Shown piece by piece: positions 33,901 to 46,422 of a DNA stretch of 64,000 bases. The stretch is from an uncultured Planctomycetota bacterium (GTDB lineage: Bacteria; Planctomycetota; Planctomycetia; Isosphaerales; Isosphaeraceae). The stretch lies in contig CAWGMQ010000002.1 of the NCBI GenBank assembly GCA_963823665.1, positions 32,001 through 96,000 on the forward strand. The letters are read 5' to 3'. Positions within the stretch are counted from its first letter, which is position 1. Each line of letters starts with the position of its first letter. The notes under the pieces were generated by a model. That model saw only the letters and a list, made by a program, of their open reading frames with translations. It had not been told where the DNA came from and searched no databases. A program made the translations under genes and the position numbers.

Positions 33901-34441
33901 CCCGTACCGCGGCAGAGAGCGGCAACACAAACATTCCGTCGACTCGACGCGGCGGAAACGCCAGGTGGCCGTCTGGTTTCTCGGTTGATGCAGTCGCTCC
34001 CGGAAATGAGGCAATCAGATTCGCCGGCCCACTCGAGGCAATCACTTGACCCTGATCATCTTCGATCCAGACCGCCATGTACTCGTTGATGGTCGCCAGC
34101 GCATTCGACAGCAAGACATTGGCCTCGCGGCGGAATTGAGCCGGACTGAGCGGCTCTTCGGTTCTCCGCAACAGCAACCGCTGAATCCCCGAACCGCCCG
34201 CAAAGTCGATTACTCGCTCTTCGTGCTTCTCGAGCGTCGTCGCCAGCATCTGCTGGCGCAGCACGGCAATCGTCACTAGGCGTTTGAAAATCTGGTCCTG
34301 GAGAATCGAGTTAGTCGCCAGATAGGCAACACCGATGAGTGCGGCTCCGCTAAGCGCCACCACAACGCCCACGAATCCGGTTAACTTCCAGACGATCGAA
34401 GACCATCGCGAGGGCCCTGACACAGCACGCACGTCCGACAT
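30994..34441 (-). CDS. Membrane sensor histidine kinase (Cache-like, HAMP, GAF, PAS, GAF, HisKA, HATPase); frameshift near 33230
   Basis: Two TM helices, DELGVLSSTFNRM HAMP, GIAHEINNPL H-box, NLLVNA, DNGCG and GTGLGL boxes. Confidence 0.9.
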
Positions 34442-34449
34442 CGAATCAC

Positions 34450-36463
34450 TCAGGGTGAGGCCGAGATTGGAAATACACTGACTCTTAAATCTGTGGACCC
34501 ATACGGCACGAGCAGCAGCTCCTCGGTCGGCTCACGACTGACGGCCGGGCTTGATGGCGGAGGAGCAGCGGCGCCTTTTTCCAGCTTCCAGTCCGGCAGA
34601 CGACGGCCCTTGACTTTGGCCGAAAGTGGAGCGCCGGCGGACGTGAACAGAGGCCCGTTCGCTGTGCGCGACTCGAATCGAATCGTTCTCTCGGGATGCT
34701 CGCGGTCGATCTCGAGTGCGTAGTTCCATGGCGTCTTCGGGAAAACTTCCCAGTCGTCGAACGGCAAATCGGCCCTGTCTTTGAACATCTTCCACCCCGG
34801 TTCGATCGGCAGCGCATAGATCACCGGCCCTCGCTGGATCGAAACCGCACCGTTGAAACCATCGCGCAGCCGGGCGGGCATCGGAACTGTCAGCTTGATT
34901 TCAGCCGGCGGATTCACACCCCACTCCCGGTTCAGAGTCACAAACGTCCCCGGCTTCAAGTCCTCGATTCGCTCGAACGTCGTCGCGTCATCCCACACCC
35001 CACAAACGGCTCCCTCGTCCCACGACGGGATGCGGAGATGAAGGGAAAAGCGGCTCTTCACAGCCGGTTGCACCTTGATCACAATGAGCGATTCCGTGCC
35101 GTCTCCAAACGGATAAGTCGTTTCCGCAGTGACCTCGACACGCACGGGCCCTCCCGCGATTGTCGTATCCACCACGCACGGCGCATAGGCGAGGGCGGCC
35201 AGTCCTCCGTCAGAGCTGACCATCCACAAGCTGCTGGCAAACTTTGGCCAGCCCTGGTGCATGTTGGCCGTGCAGCAACCAAAATTTGGCTCGAGTCCAT
35301 ACAGATTCGAGTCGGCCTCGTTGCTCACGTAGACATGGTCGCCCGCAGCCGAGCAAAGGACCTGATTGCACTGCTGATCATACTGATGGGCCGTCATGTC
35401 CTTCTTGAATGTCGCCGGTAAGGCATTGAACGCGAGCATCTCGAGCCTGTCTCCCAGGCGCGGGTCGCCGATGATCGCCGCCAGAACCTCAAGCGAGTAC
35501 ATCGCCTCGACGACCGTACAAAGTTCGGTCCCCTGAGACGGGCTGCGGCCCGCAAGGTGTTCGTCGCATGTGAAAATCCCCGTGGGCTGCCCGTGGTACT
35601 TATCCAGAATCTCGAGCATCGAAAAGATCGCGGTCTTGTCTTTCGCATCGCCGCTCAGCCGGTGTCTGACACCACCGTACTTGAGCGCCATCGCCGTGTT
35701 GACTCCGTGGTTTTCCAGCGTCTTCTTGTCTTTGGCCTTCTCTTTGTAGGGAAAATTCTCGTACAGGACACGCCAGTCATGGCTCTGCGCAAACGCTTTC
35801 TTCGCCAGATTCAGAACCTGAGGCTCTCCCGGTGCGCGAATAGAGCCAGTACAGAACAACGGCAAAGTCGGCCGCCCGAAACCTCGCCCAACTGTAGAGC
35901 GGATCATGAGAGATTACCTGGTCGATTTTCCGGCAGCACGCAAGCAGCGCAGGAATGATCCGCGGATCACCGGTCGCCTGCTCGTACTGCATGAGCGCCT
36001 TGAATAGCGGAAACAGCGGCCACACGTCGTATGGTTTGTGTTTCTTGCTGTCGCCAATCGGCCCCAGCCAGCCATCGGCTTGCTGGTGAGCAAGAATGTA
36101 CTCGATCGCATTCCTCACCTTGCCTTTGAGCCCCGGTTGATCGGCCAGAAAAGCCAGCGGAACCAACCCGTCGAGCCAGTACGGAACGCGTTCCCAACCC
36201 TCGGCGGTTCCGCCGAACCAGGCGCTGTTCTTGATGTCCGGCCAGAACTCGTCAACGTGTCCGCTCAACCCATCGGCCTGGATGCGCAATTGGTCCTTCA
36301 GCCACCCTGCCGGCTTGATGCTTCCCAGAGGCAACGGCTCGAAAGTCGAAGCCCGCAATGGCGGCTCTGTCGCCTTGATTTCTTCTTGCCAGAACGCCCT
36401 CGCGACGGGACCGGATAGCAGAACGATCAATAACGCCAAGATCCCGCGCCCTTCAAGCTTCAT
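34450..36463 (-). CDS. GH127-like (beta-L-arabinofuranosidase family) glycoside hydrolase; frameshift near 35840
   Basis: Signal peptide, PLGSIKPAGWL, GWERVPYWLDG, TELC, CCTAN and LRIPSW motifs. Confidence 0.85.
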
Positions 36464-36689
36464 GACAACCCCCGAGAACCCGGCCTGTTTGCATGAGGTT
36501 CAGCCAGAACGGATTCTAGAAGGAGACTTCTGGGAACGCCAGGCTGCCGCCAAGTACACGACCTGCCGTTGGACTGAGGCCAGAACGAAGGATGTCATGC
36601 ATCTGCGATGTTTTCAGAGCCTGACGTTCAACGGCAATTGTTCCCAGAGAGGCTTCGTGGAAGCCGGGAGAGCCACAGCAGCGACACAC

Positions 36690-37451
36690 TCAGGGATCGA
36701 TGTTCGCGTTGCGAAGGATAAATCCAACGTTGGCAGTATAGACCTGGGCATGAATCGTCACGACTACCTTACCCTGGCTGAGAACACCTGGCGTTCGCTT
36801 GGCACTCGGTTCGTAGTGAATGTTCATGGTGCCCACGGCGTACCCTTCATCGTAAGTGCCGGAGCTCAAGTTGGGGTCCAGGCTCACTTTGGGCAACACC
36901 GAGGGCAGTCCGAGCCGGCTCACGTACTGACTCGTTTGAGGAGCCGCCACATCAAGCCCCAGTGTCGTGTTGCTATTGAGGTTGCGGTCGAAGATCGCGC
37001 TGACACCGCCAATTGGGAGTGTCTTGTCTTTGGGCGTAACAAGCAGCAATTGGATGTCCGAGTGCAAGAGCGTGTTCGCGGTACCAGCCGCCGTGATGAA
37101 CGTCTGAATCTGCTCGTCGCTTGTCCGACCGGCACCGACCGTGTAGGTGCCAACATACCGTCCCACGAATCGCTCTCTTCGTTGCTCTCGCTTGCTCAGA
37201 GTCCCCGTCGGCGCAAGCGCCTGATTGTTGATGGTCCCGTCGGCGTTCAATAAAGGACCTTGATTTTCGGGCACAGCGATCGATTGAGAGGAGAAGCTTG
37301 CCAGACTCTGGACCAGAGCCGCCGTGCGCGAATTCGAGTCTGTTGCGTAGATGCTGTTGCCGGCCATTACGTCAGTGATCGCGGAAAGCAAGTCGCGGCG
37401 CTCGAATTCTTCGAGAACTGGCCATCGGTCACGCGGGATTCGACGTCCCAT
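36690..37451 (-). CDS. Hypothetical exported protein with LExFERRDLL planctomycete motif
   Basis: ATG preceded by GAGGAG; N-terminal VLEEFERRDLLS. Confidence 0.7.
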   Translation of the reverse strand: MGRRIPRDRWPVLEEFERRDLLSAITDVMAGNSIYATDSNSRTAALVQSLASFSSQSIAVPENQGPLLNADGTINNQALAPTGTLSKREQRRERFVGRYVGTYTVGAGRTSDEQIQTFITAAGTANTLLHSDIQLLLVTPKDKTLPIGGVSAIFDRNLNSNTTLGLDVAAPQTSQYVSRLGLPSVLPKVSLDPNLSSGTYDEGYAVGTMNIHYEPSAKRTPGVLSQGKVVVTIHAQVYTANVGFILRNANIDP

Positions 37452-37510
37452 CTTCTCCTCCCTGAGGTCCCGGGCCTCGCCGGACCGTGACCTCTTCCCA
37501 TTCGATCTGA

Positions 37511-39154
37511 TCAAGGCATGATCCGTCGGCCCACCACGGTGTTGAGCGAGAGCATGCTGCGCCGGTGGCGAACCGCTGTGTCGAGGTATTGTTTGACAAC
37601 CTGGTTGTACGCGAGCTGAGCGTCCAGGTAGTCGAGAATGCTCTTCGCTCCCTCATTGTACAGGCGAAAGACTTCATCACGCACTTGCAGAGCTTTCGGG
37701 TTGACCTCATCCCGCAGCTCGTCCACCAGCCGGCGTGAGACCTCGTATTCCTGGACGGCTTCCTCGATGTCAATCACAGTCTGCCGTTCCAGGTCCGAAA
37801 GCTCCATCTGGCTCTGGCCCACGTTGATCTTGGCCCGCGCGATTCCACCCTGGTTCCGGTTGTAGAGCGGCAAGGGAACTGTCACGCCGAGGGCCCAGGA
37901 ATACTGGCTCTTCAAACCATATGGCGAGTTGTCTTGAAAGGTATAAGGTTGCCAGAGAACATATACATCGCTGAATGCGTTAGCTTTCGCCAGCCGAACG
38001 TCCGCTTCCGCACGATTGACTCCAAACCGCAGTGAGAGGATGTCGGGCCGTTCCTCCAGTGCGATCTTCCGAAGTCCCTCGACGGATGGAGGAGGGGGGG
38101 CGAAGTCCTCTATTGCCCCTCGTATCTCGAGCGAAGCAATTTCGCCGAGCTTCAGGTTCATGAGCGATCCCAGATCGAGTTTTGCCTTGCGATACGCCGC
38201 TTTGGAATCAAAGACACCGAGCTCGGCGTTTCGAAGCCGTATCTTGATCTGGTTCAAGTCGCCCTGGGAGATATCACCCTTCAGGAATTTCTGCTCGTTC
38301 CTTGCCGTAAGATCCTTTAGACCCGTTACGCTTTTCGTCGCGTACAGCAGAGTTTGGCGTGCCGCCAGCGCCGTGACAAAAGCGCCATACACATCGTCGA
38401 TCCGCTGTCTGACGGCATCCTGGTATTGCGCCTCCAGCACACGCTCGGCGCGGCTCGCCACGATCGTTCGGGCCTGGCGTTTGTGCGAGACATCAAGTGG
38501 ATACGTGATGTTCGTGTCGAACTGGCTCGGGCCGCCGGGAGCCGCCCGAGTGAACGCTGTGCTCGTGCCTCGGTACTGGAGAAGCTGCCCGTCCTGGTAA
38601 AAGACAGGGTTCGAGCGGAGGTTCGCCTGAAGGATGTCGGCCCTCGCCATGGGGATCTCAAAGAACTTGGCTTTGAGGTCGCGGCTGCGCTCCAGCGTGA
38701 CGTCGATCGCACGGTCGAGCGTCAGACCATTCGCCGGTCCCGTGCTTTCTTGGGCCAGCTCCATCGTGCCGTAGTAAGTCGTCTCCGGCGCTGCAATTGG
38801 CGCTGGCTGGGGTGCTGAGATCGGCATCTGTAAATCCGCCGGTCCCGCCCCAGACCCCGGTGACGAGATCGACGTTGGAATGCCTTTCGGCGTCGATACA
38901 CCCGGCCGGCCGCCCAGAAGCCCGCCGGTACCAGGCAAATTGATGAACAAGCTACCCCCGGAACCAGGCGATTGTCCCAGGAGTGAGCCTGTTCCACCGG
39001 GAAGCGCCGGCACGCTGGTGTCGACCGTCGGCGCCTGGGCCCTCGCACGCCCTGTCGGCATGCAGAACAAGATGAATAACGACAGGCATGAAAGAGGAAT
39101 GAGACTCCGTGCGACCTGGGCGCCCGTTCCGGGACGCGCCTCCAGCACGGTCAT
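37511..39154 (-). CDS. TolC/CzcC family outer membrane efflux protein
   Basis: LTLDRAI, ERPDIL and VTVPLPLYNRNQG motifs; downstream of RND and MFP genes. Confidence 0.9.
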   Translation of the reverse strand: MTVLEARPGTGAQVARSLIPLSCLSLFILFCMPTGRARAQAPTVDTSVPALPGGTGSLLGQSPGSGGSLFINLPGTGGLLGGRPGVSTPKGIPTSISSPGSGAGPADLQMPISAPQPAPIAAPETTYYGTMELAQESTGPANGLTLDRAIDVTLERSRDLKAKFFEIPMARADILQANLRSNPVFYQDGQLLQYRGTSTAFTRAAPGGPSQFDTNITYPLDVSHKRQARTIVASRAERVLEAQYQDAVRQRIDDVYGAFVTALAARQTLLYATKSVTGLKDLTARNEQKFLKGDISQGDLNQIKIRLRNAELGVFDSKAAYRKAKLDLGSLMNLKLGEIASLEIRGAIEDFAPPPPSVEGLRKIALEERPDILSLRFGVNRAEADVRLAKANAFSDVYVLWQPYTFQDNSPYGLKSQYSWALGVTVPLPLYNRNQGGIARAKINVGQSQMELSDLERQTVIDIEEAVQEYEVSRRLVDELRDEVNPKALQVRDEVFRLYNEGAKSILDYLDAQLAYNQVVKQYLDTAVRHRRSMLSLNTVVGRRIMP

Positions 39155-39529
39155 CGCACCTTTCTGTGTCAACCTCGGCTTGAGACCCACTTGTTGTGCC
39201 CCGAGACACCCTATTGCTTCGCTCAATTCAGCACGCTCATGATAATCGTCACCACCCTGAATCGGCTGGCAAGCAGATCGCGCTGAAGCCTCGGCAAAAG
39301 CGCGCGACTCCCTGGAGCTCGTCGAATCAGCACAACCCGAACAGTCGACGACCGACGGCGGCTGATTGAAGCCTTCGGAACCGGTCTAGCCGGCGAACCA
39401 GCACAAGCCGGACTGGAAATCAGGAAGAGTTTTCCGATTATGCCGAGTTCTCGGATTGGAAGAAACGCAACGAATTCACGGAGTCAACGAGGCGGCACGC
39501 CCGGCACTGGATCTCGAATTTCACCCGGA

Positions 39530-40921
39530 TCACTGATTCGCCCGCGGCATGCTCGAGATAACCGAACTCGAAAAGTCCAACGGGTCAAGATGGCCTTCCT
39601 CCGTCCGCGAGAACAGGAAAGTGCCTTCGGTCATGACCCGATCCTCGAACATCTGTTCCAGGATCAGGCTTCCGATCGTTGCCACCTCTTCGCCCGCTTT
39701 CAGGCCGGGTTGATCCTTGGAGGGCGCCTCGACAATGACGACGTCGTTGCTCTCCTTCGCCAGGAAAATCTGTCGCCTCTCGAACTGGTCGGATTTACCC
39801 GCCTTCTTGACGAACACGTAGTCGAACCGGTCCACTGAGACCATCGCCACGCGGGGTATGACCGTGCGCCCCGCTACTGGGGGAATGTCGAGTGTCATTC
39901 GGACGAACATTCCCGCTTTGAGCTGGCCATCAGGGTTGCGAATTGTCGTGCGAAACTTCGCGGACCGCGAATCTGCGTCGATCGCCTTGTCGATGTAGTT
40001 CACCTCCGAGTCAATCGTTCGATCAGAAAAAGGAAAAATGACTTTCAGCTTCTGCCCGACTTTGACTTTCTCGGCGTCAAGTTCGCTCACACTGCCCCGG
40101 ACCCACAGATGGTCAAGTGGCGCGATGGTCATCAGCAGGTCGGCCGAAGTGTAGTAGTTTCCCGGAACCACCGATCGCAAGACCACGACTCCATCGGCAC
40201 GCGACCGCAAGATCATCTTCGCTTTCTGAACGCCGTCTTCCTTCTTGGCATTCTCGATCTCTTCCGCCGTCAAGCCGTACACGAGCAGCTTGTCTTTGGC
40301 CAGCTTCATTTTCAGCCGGCTTTGCGCCTCATCGTTTTTCACCTCGATCAATTCCTTTCGAGGCAAATTATTATCGAGCGCCAGTGGTGTCTTGTAATCG
40401 AGAACTTCTTTGTCATGAACCCATTGACTGGTCGCCACTTCGTAATTGCTCTTGGCCTCCGCCAGATCGGTGCTGAAGAGTTCCAATAGCGGGTCGCCGG
40501 TCTTGACGATCGAGCCATAGTCCACGAGCACCTTTTCGACACGGCTATCAAACTGCGTGCGTACGACCGTCACCGTTGCCGGGTCGTAATCGGTCGTGCC
40601 GAAGAGTTTGAGCACAGTGTCTTCGGTCTGCGGTTTGACTGCGACCGTTTTGAGTCCGATCGCTCCCGCCTGCGCGGCATCAAGCGTGAGAGTGCGGTCC
40701 CATGGGTCCTCCTTGCCCAACGAAATCGCGCGAACCCAAGATTTATCGGGCCGCCCGCTTTCATCGTGGCTACCCTGAGCCAGTTGCTTGAATGCCCCCA
40801 CGACATGGCCGCGAGTCCAGCTATTGAGCGCTACCACCATCGCAGCCGCGGCGATCAACACGATTCCGATCAGAAGCTTCCGGTTGCCGTTCATGACTCT
40901 TTCTCCCCCAAATTGTCTCAT
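39530..40921 (-). CDS. RND periplasmic adaptor (CzcB/CusB-like)
   Basis: N-terminal TM, lipoyl-like VKTGDPLLEL, LWVRGSVSE and LKAGMF motifs. Confidence 0.9.
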   Translation of the reverse strand: MRQFGGERVMNGNRKLLIGIVLIAAAAMVVALNSWTRGHVVGAFKQLAQGSHDESGRPDKSWVRAISLGKEDPWDRTLTLDAAQAGAIGLKTVAVKPQTEDTVLKLFGTTDYDPATVTVVRTQFDSRVEKVLVDYGSIVKTGDPLLELFSTDLAEAKSNYEVATSQWVHDKEVLDYKTPLALDNNLPRKELIEVKNDEAQSRLKMKLAKDKLLVYGLTAEEIENAKKEDGVQKAKMILRSRADGVVVLRSVVPGNYYTSADLLMTIAPLDHLWVRGSVSELDAEKVKVGQKLKVIFPFSDRTIDSEVNYIDKAIDADSRSAKFRTTIRNPDGQLKAGMFVRMTLDIPPVAGRTVIPRVAMVSVDRFDYVFVKKAGKSDQFERRQIFLAKESNDVVIVEAPSKDQPGLKAGEEVATIGSLILEQMFEDRVMTEGTFLFSRTEEGHLDPLDFSSSVISSMPRANQ

Positions 40922-43900
40922 GCAGGAGGCGATTCGCTGTCGACACCACCTTGATCTTGATCGCCAGTCCCATGGGCCGATGATGCGGAAGGACGCAGGA
41001 ACCGGTCAGTGTAGTGCGAGCCCAGGATCAAGTCGCTCTGACACTGCGTGTGGCCCGCTGGAGCCGGGAAAAAGCTGTACAATACCGGCATCAAGTAGCG
41101 TGTCAGGAACAAGGTGCAAAGCATCGCCCCAACCACCACGATGGCCAGCGGCTTCTGTGCCTGTGAGCCGATCGATGTCGCGATCGCCGCGGGAAAGAGC
41201 CCGAGTGCCGCCGTCAGCGAAGTCATCACAACCGGTCGCACGCGCAGCTCGGCGCCGCGCATCACCGACTCGCGCACCGATAGACCCGCACCTCGCAATT
41301 GGTTGAAGTACGAGACCAGCAGCACGCCGTCCTGCACCGCAACCCCGAACACCGAGACGAACCCGACGGCCGCCGAGATCGAGAACGGCGTGCCAGTCAG
41401 CCAGAGCGCCAGCACCCCCCCCATCGACGCCTCCACCACGTTCACCATCACCAGTAACGAGTCCTTCATCGAATTGAACGCGGAGTACAGCAAGCCGACG
41501 ATCAGCGCAATCGAGATCGGGACGATAAAGAGCAAGCGGTAGTTGGCCTCTTCCATCTGCTGGAATTCGCCCGACCAATCGATGTCGTATCCCGGCGGAA
41601 GCTGTGCCCCATACTTGGGATCGGTCACTTTCCGCTGAGCTTCGGCAATGGTCGAGGCCAGGTCGCGGCCCTTGACGCTGAATTTGATCGGGATGTAACG
41701 GCGATTGTTTTCTCGGTAAATGTAGGCCGCACCCGGCTTGTGTGGAATGATGTTGGCCAACTGTCGCAGCGGAATCCGCGCCCCCGGCTTACCGTCCTGC
41801 CCGGGCGTGTCGACCGGAATTCGGCCGATGACTTCTGGATCGTCACGCTTGTCCTTGGGAAGACGAAGGACGATGTCGAAGAGCTTTTCACCTTCAACCA
41901 TCCGCGTGAAAGCGCGCCCCCTACGGCAACCTGCACCACGGCCTCGACATCAGAAACGTTGATGCCGTACCGGGCGCACTCGTGCCGGTCGATCTGAATC
42001 TCGAGGTTCGGCTGACCGACAATATGAAAAAGCCCCGGGTTGAAGATCCCCTTCACGTCGTTCAGGATGTTGATGACTCGCTGCCCCGCCCGCTCGAGGA
42101 CTTGCAGGTCGTTGCCGAACAGCTTGATCGAGTTGGCTCCCTTGACCCCGGAAAGCGCCTCCTCCACGTTGTCTCGGATCAATTGCGAGAAGTTGAAGTT
42201 GACTGACGGGAACACCTTGAACTTCTCCATCAACTCGTCCTGAATCTCCTCCCGGGTGATCTTGCGACTCCACACCGTCCGGCCCAGGAACTTGACCGGC
42301 TTTTCTCGCCAGTCCTCCATGGGCGAAAGTGGGGCGTTGAATTCCAGATTGAAATAACTCGTCACGTCGGTCCCGTCGTCCGGGCGGCCGACGTGTGACA
42401 TCACCCCCTTGATCTCCGGAATCGAGCCAATCACACTACGCAGCCGCGGAGCCATCCGCGCCGCCTCTTGAAGCGTCGTCGTTCGCGGCAAGAGTGCCCG
42501 AATCCAGAGGTTGCCTTCCTCCAGGGGCGGCATGAACTCGCCCCCCAGCTTCGGTATCAGCGTGATCGTGAACACTAGGAGCGACCCCATCGCCGCCAGC
42601 AGCAAATATCGGTGCTTCAACACCCGGTCAAGCATGATCAGATAACGAAGCTTCATGATGCGATCGATGAATGTCTCCTTCTCCTCCTTCTTGTTCTGGA
42701 ACAAGAAAGAGCAGAGTACCGGCGTCAGCGTCACCGCCAGTAAGAGCGCACCGCAGATCGCAAAGGCGTAAGTGTTGGCCATCGGGCCGAAGAGCGCACC
42801 TTCCGGTCCCGTCATCGAGAAAAGCGGTATAAACGCGCACACGATGATCAGCGTCGAGAAAAAGAGGGCGCGTTCGATCTCGTGCGATGCATCGATGATC
42901 CGGTCGATCAAGGGCCGTGTCCGATCGGTATTCTTCGCCGTGATGTGCCGGAAAATGTTCTCGACAATGATCACCGAGCTGTCGACGATGATCCCGAAGT
43001 CAACCGCGCCGATCGAAAGTAGATTGGCCGACTTCCCCTGGATGTGCAGCACCGACACCGAGAATAACAGCGCCAGCGGAATCATGATCGCCACGATTCC
43101 CGCGCTCGAGATGTCGCCCAGGAAGATGAACAGGATCAAGATCACCAGCCCCATGCCAACCACGAGGTTGTGCACAACGTTGTGCTTCGTGACGTTTACC
43201 AGCTCAGTCCTCTGGTTAAAAATCTTGATCCGCATGCCTTTGGGCAAAAGACCGCTCGTGTTCAAGTGCTCGATCTTATCTTTCACCCGCTCCGACGTCG
43301 GAAGCGACTTCTCGTACTTCCGCATCAGCACGATGCCTTCGACCACGTCGTTTTCACCGTTGCGGCCAACTACGCCCAGCCGCGGCTGATAGCCGATCAC
43401 CACCTTGGCGATCTGCTTGACGTACACCGGCATGTTGTCGTGAGTGGTCACCACCACGTCTTGAATGTCTTCGAGTTTCTCGACCTCGATCGCGTAAGCG
43501 TGTTCGGCGACCGCCGGGTCCAGCGAGTCGATCCCTTCGCCCAGATAACCGATCGCCCGCACGTTGTGCGATTGCGGCCCGAGCGGTAAAACATCACCGC
43601 CCACATTGGCGTTCGACTGCGAGATCGCATCGGATACCATCTGCAAGGTCACGTCGTACCGTCTCATCAACTGCGTGTCGAGCAAGATCTGGAATTGCTT
43701 GACCGTCCCGCCGTAACCGGTCACATCGATCACGCCGGGCACCGTCCTTAGCTGCCGTTCGAGCACCCAGTCCTGCACCGCCTTGATCTGATTCAAGGTG
43801 TAGCCATCGCCCTCGAGCACATATCGCACGATCTCGCCGGTCGGGCTCCAGGGTGATAGGCCCGGGTTTACTCCCGGAGGCAGGTTGCTCACCATCCCGA

Positions 43901-44240
43901 TCCGGTTGATCACCTCCTGCCGGGCAGTCCAGTAGTCGGTCCCGTACTCGAATTGGCATTTAATGTCGTTGAGACCCGCCAGCGAGATGCTCCGCAAGTA
44001 CTTCAGACCCGGCATCCCGTTCAAGGCCGTCTCGATCGGAATGCAAATCAATCGCTCCATTTCCTCGGGGCTCGCCCCGGGATTCTGGGTGATCACCTCC
44101 ACGAGCGGCGGCGTCGGATCCGGATACGCCTCGACGTTCAGATTCCGCGCTGAATGAATGCCGAACACGATCAGCCCCACCGTCCCCAGAAGGACAATGA
44201 AGCGATTATGCAGGCTCCACGTAATGAGCGCGCGAACCAT
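40918..44240 (-). CDS. CusA/CzcA family RND efflux permease; frameshift near 41920
   Basis: VEAYPD, GAVDFGIIVDSSVIIVEN, AVGFVSVFGVAVQDG and RVRPVVMT motifs. Confidence 0.92.
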
Positions 44241-44441
44241 GAGGATGCTCTACAGCTGGCAGTGACAGGCGACAAAGCCTGAGCCCGGGGTCCTTTGCCC
44301 GGCAATCGGAAACGCCCGGGCACAAGTCTGTAACCCCATTGCTCCTACGAGCATCGAAGGGATAAAGATCGGGACGGTTCGAAATCGTCGTTCGGTCCAC
44401 CGGCGGAATAGCCCCGGTTTCCCGCTATCAACGACCCAAAG

Positions 44442-44514
<73 letters not shown>

Positions 44515-44647
44515 AATCGGATCACTGGAATTAAAGTACACTGCTGACCGCTCCTTCGCAAGTTAAGATGGAAGTCTTGTCTCCGAGCTGCGACGCGCTG
44601 GCGGAATCGATTCAGCCAGTTAACGCACTGATGCACTCGGCCGGTCA

Positions 44648-45613
44648 ATGATAGGAGTCTCCAGTGTGATTCGTAAATGCCTGCTTACTCCTGACAACCG
44701 TGGGCTTGCTGGCCAACCGCCGCCGCACCGAGCCCTCCGGTCGCGCCGATTCAGGTCCGCCCGACACCGCAGCAAGCCCCGCAATCATGGCCTCTGGTCC
44801 ACTGGAAGCCCCTTCCTCGAGAACCCTGTCTTCACCGGCACCGGACGCGAGACTTGGGACCGCAAGATCCGTGAGCGAGGCTACATCTTGCCCGATCGCA
44901 ACGGAAGCTATGACCTTTGGTACACCGGATACGCCGGTGATCGCCCGGTGACGATGTCGCTTGGCCACGCCACTTCACCCGATGGCATCCATTGGACGCG
45001 AGACCCGAGCAATCCCATCTTCACCGGATCCTGGGTGGAGGATATGTGCGTCGTGCACCAGGACGGCACTTTCTTCATGTTCGCCGAAGGAAAAAACGAC
45101 ATCGCCCACCTCTTGAAATCGACCGACGGCCGCAAGTGGATTGATCACGGGTCCCTCGACATCCGCAAACTCGATGGCAAGCCAATCGAGCCCGGCCCGT
45201 ACGGCACCCCAACTGTGTGGTTCGAGGATGGGACGTGGTATCTCTTTTACGAGCGCGGCGATCAGGGTATCTGGCTGGCGGTCTCGAAAGACCTCAAAGT
45301 CTGGACCAACGTCCGAGACGACCCGGTCATCGCCATGGGTCCCGAGCCGTACGACAAGACGGCCGTGGCTCTCAATCAGGTCGTCAAACGCGATGGTATT
45401 TACTACGGGTTCTATCACGCCAATTCGAACCGCCCCTGGAAGAACTGGACCACTTGCCTGGCCCGCTCACGCGACCTGATCAATTGGGAGAAATATCCTG
45501 GAAACCCCATCGTCGAGAATAACTGCTCGAGCGCGATCCTCGTCCAGACCCCCACAGGGGAGGATCGGCTCTACACCATGCACCCCGATGTGAAAGTGTT
45601 CGTGCCGAAGTAA
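44648..45613 (+). CDS. Five-bladed beta-propeller glycoside hydrolase-like protein; N-terminus uncertain
   Basis: Repeated ATSPDGIHW, STDGRKW, SKDLKVW and SRDLINW Asp-box-like motifs with NP(V/I). Confidence 0.75.
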   Translation: MIGVSSVIRKCLLTPDNRGLAGQPPPHRALRSRRFRSARHRSKPRNHGLWSTGSPFLENPVFTGTGRETWDRKIRERGYILPDRNGSYDLWYTGYAGDRPVTMSLGHATSPDGIHWTRDPSNPIFTGSWVEDMCVVHQDGTFFMFAEGKNDIAHLLKSTDGRKWIDHGSLDIRKLDGKPIEPGPYGTPTVWFEDGTWYLFYERGDQGIWLAVSKDLKVWTNVRDDPVIAMGPEPYDKTAVALNQVVKRDGIYYGFYHANSNRPWKNWTTCLARSRDLINWEKYPGNPIVENNCSSAILVQTPTGEDRLYTMHPDVKVFVPK

Positions 45614-45638
45614 CGCTCGACTTGAAGTCGAGGCGATG

Positions 45639-46422
45639 CTACCGATACAACACGCCCACCCGACGACGATAGTCATCGTACGTCTCCTCAAAAAGCCCAC
45701 GCGACCGCTCCACACCCAGGTGGCAGGCCGCCGTCAAGACCTTGGGAGGAGAGCCTGCCTCGGTCAGTAATCGTGCAACTTCTGCTTTCAGCAGGTTGAT
45801 GATCGTGCAGCCGGTGACGCTCGAGAGCGGCGCAACCGGCGTCTCGAGCCCGTCGATCCAGACCGTCGAATCGCCCGCTGGAGCATGCTGGTCGATCGCG
45901 ACCGTGGCCAGTTCGTGCAGTTTCTTGCCCGATTCGTGGCGTGAAGTCGAAACGCCGGCGTTCTGGAACGACGTGACCGCCACAACCGGCATGCCAAGCC
46001 GGATCGCTTCCACTGCGACGTCGATCGTCACCGCGTTGCAGCCGCTGCTCGAAATCGCCAGCAGCACGTCCTGGGCAGACGTTGCGAAGTTGCGCCACAA
46101 AACCGGTCCGAATCCCTGCACGTTTTCCAGGTACATCGCCTGGCGCTGACCGTTGGCCCCCACGACCGGATTGTGATAGGTCATCGAAAGTTCCACGATC
46201 GGGTGAAAACCCGGGAATGACCCATACCGCGGAAACATCTCCTCCACGGCCATCCGCGAATGACCCGTGCCGAAAACATGCACCAGCCGCCCTTTGAGAA
46301 TCGCGTCCGCAAACAGAGCGGCCGCCGCGCGAATCGCGGGCAACTGCGTCGCCTCGATCGTTGTCGACCGCGCGGCGAACTGCGGCCAGATACTGAGAGA
46401 GGGCGTCGCGATGTTCGCTCAT
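45639..46422 (-). CDS. SIS-domain (sugar isomerase) protein; frameshift near 46355
   Basis: VFGTGHS and ISSSGCNAVTID motifs; N-terminus MSEHRD in another frame, overlapping the SDR stop. Confidence 0.85.
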
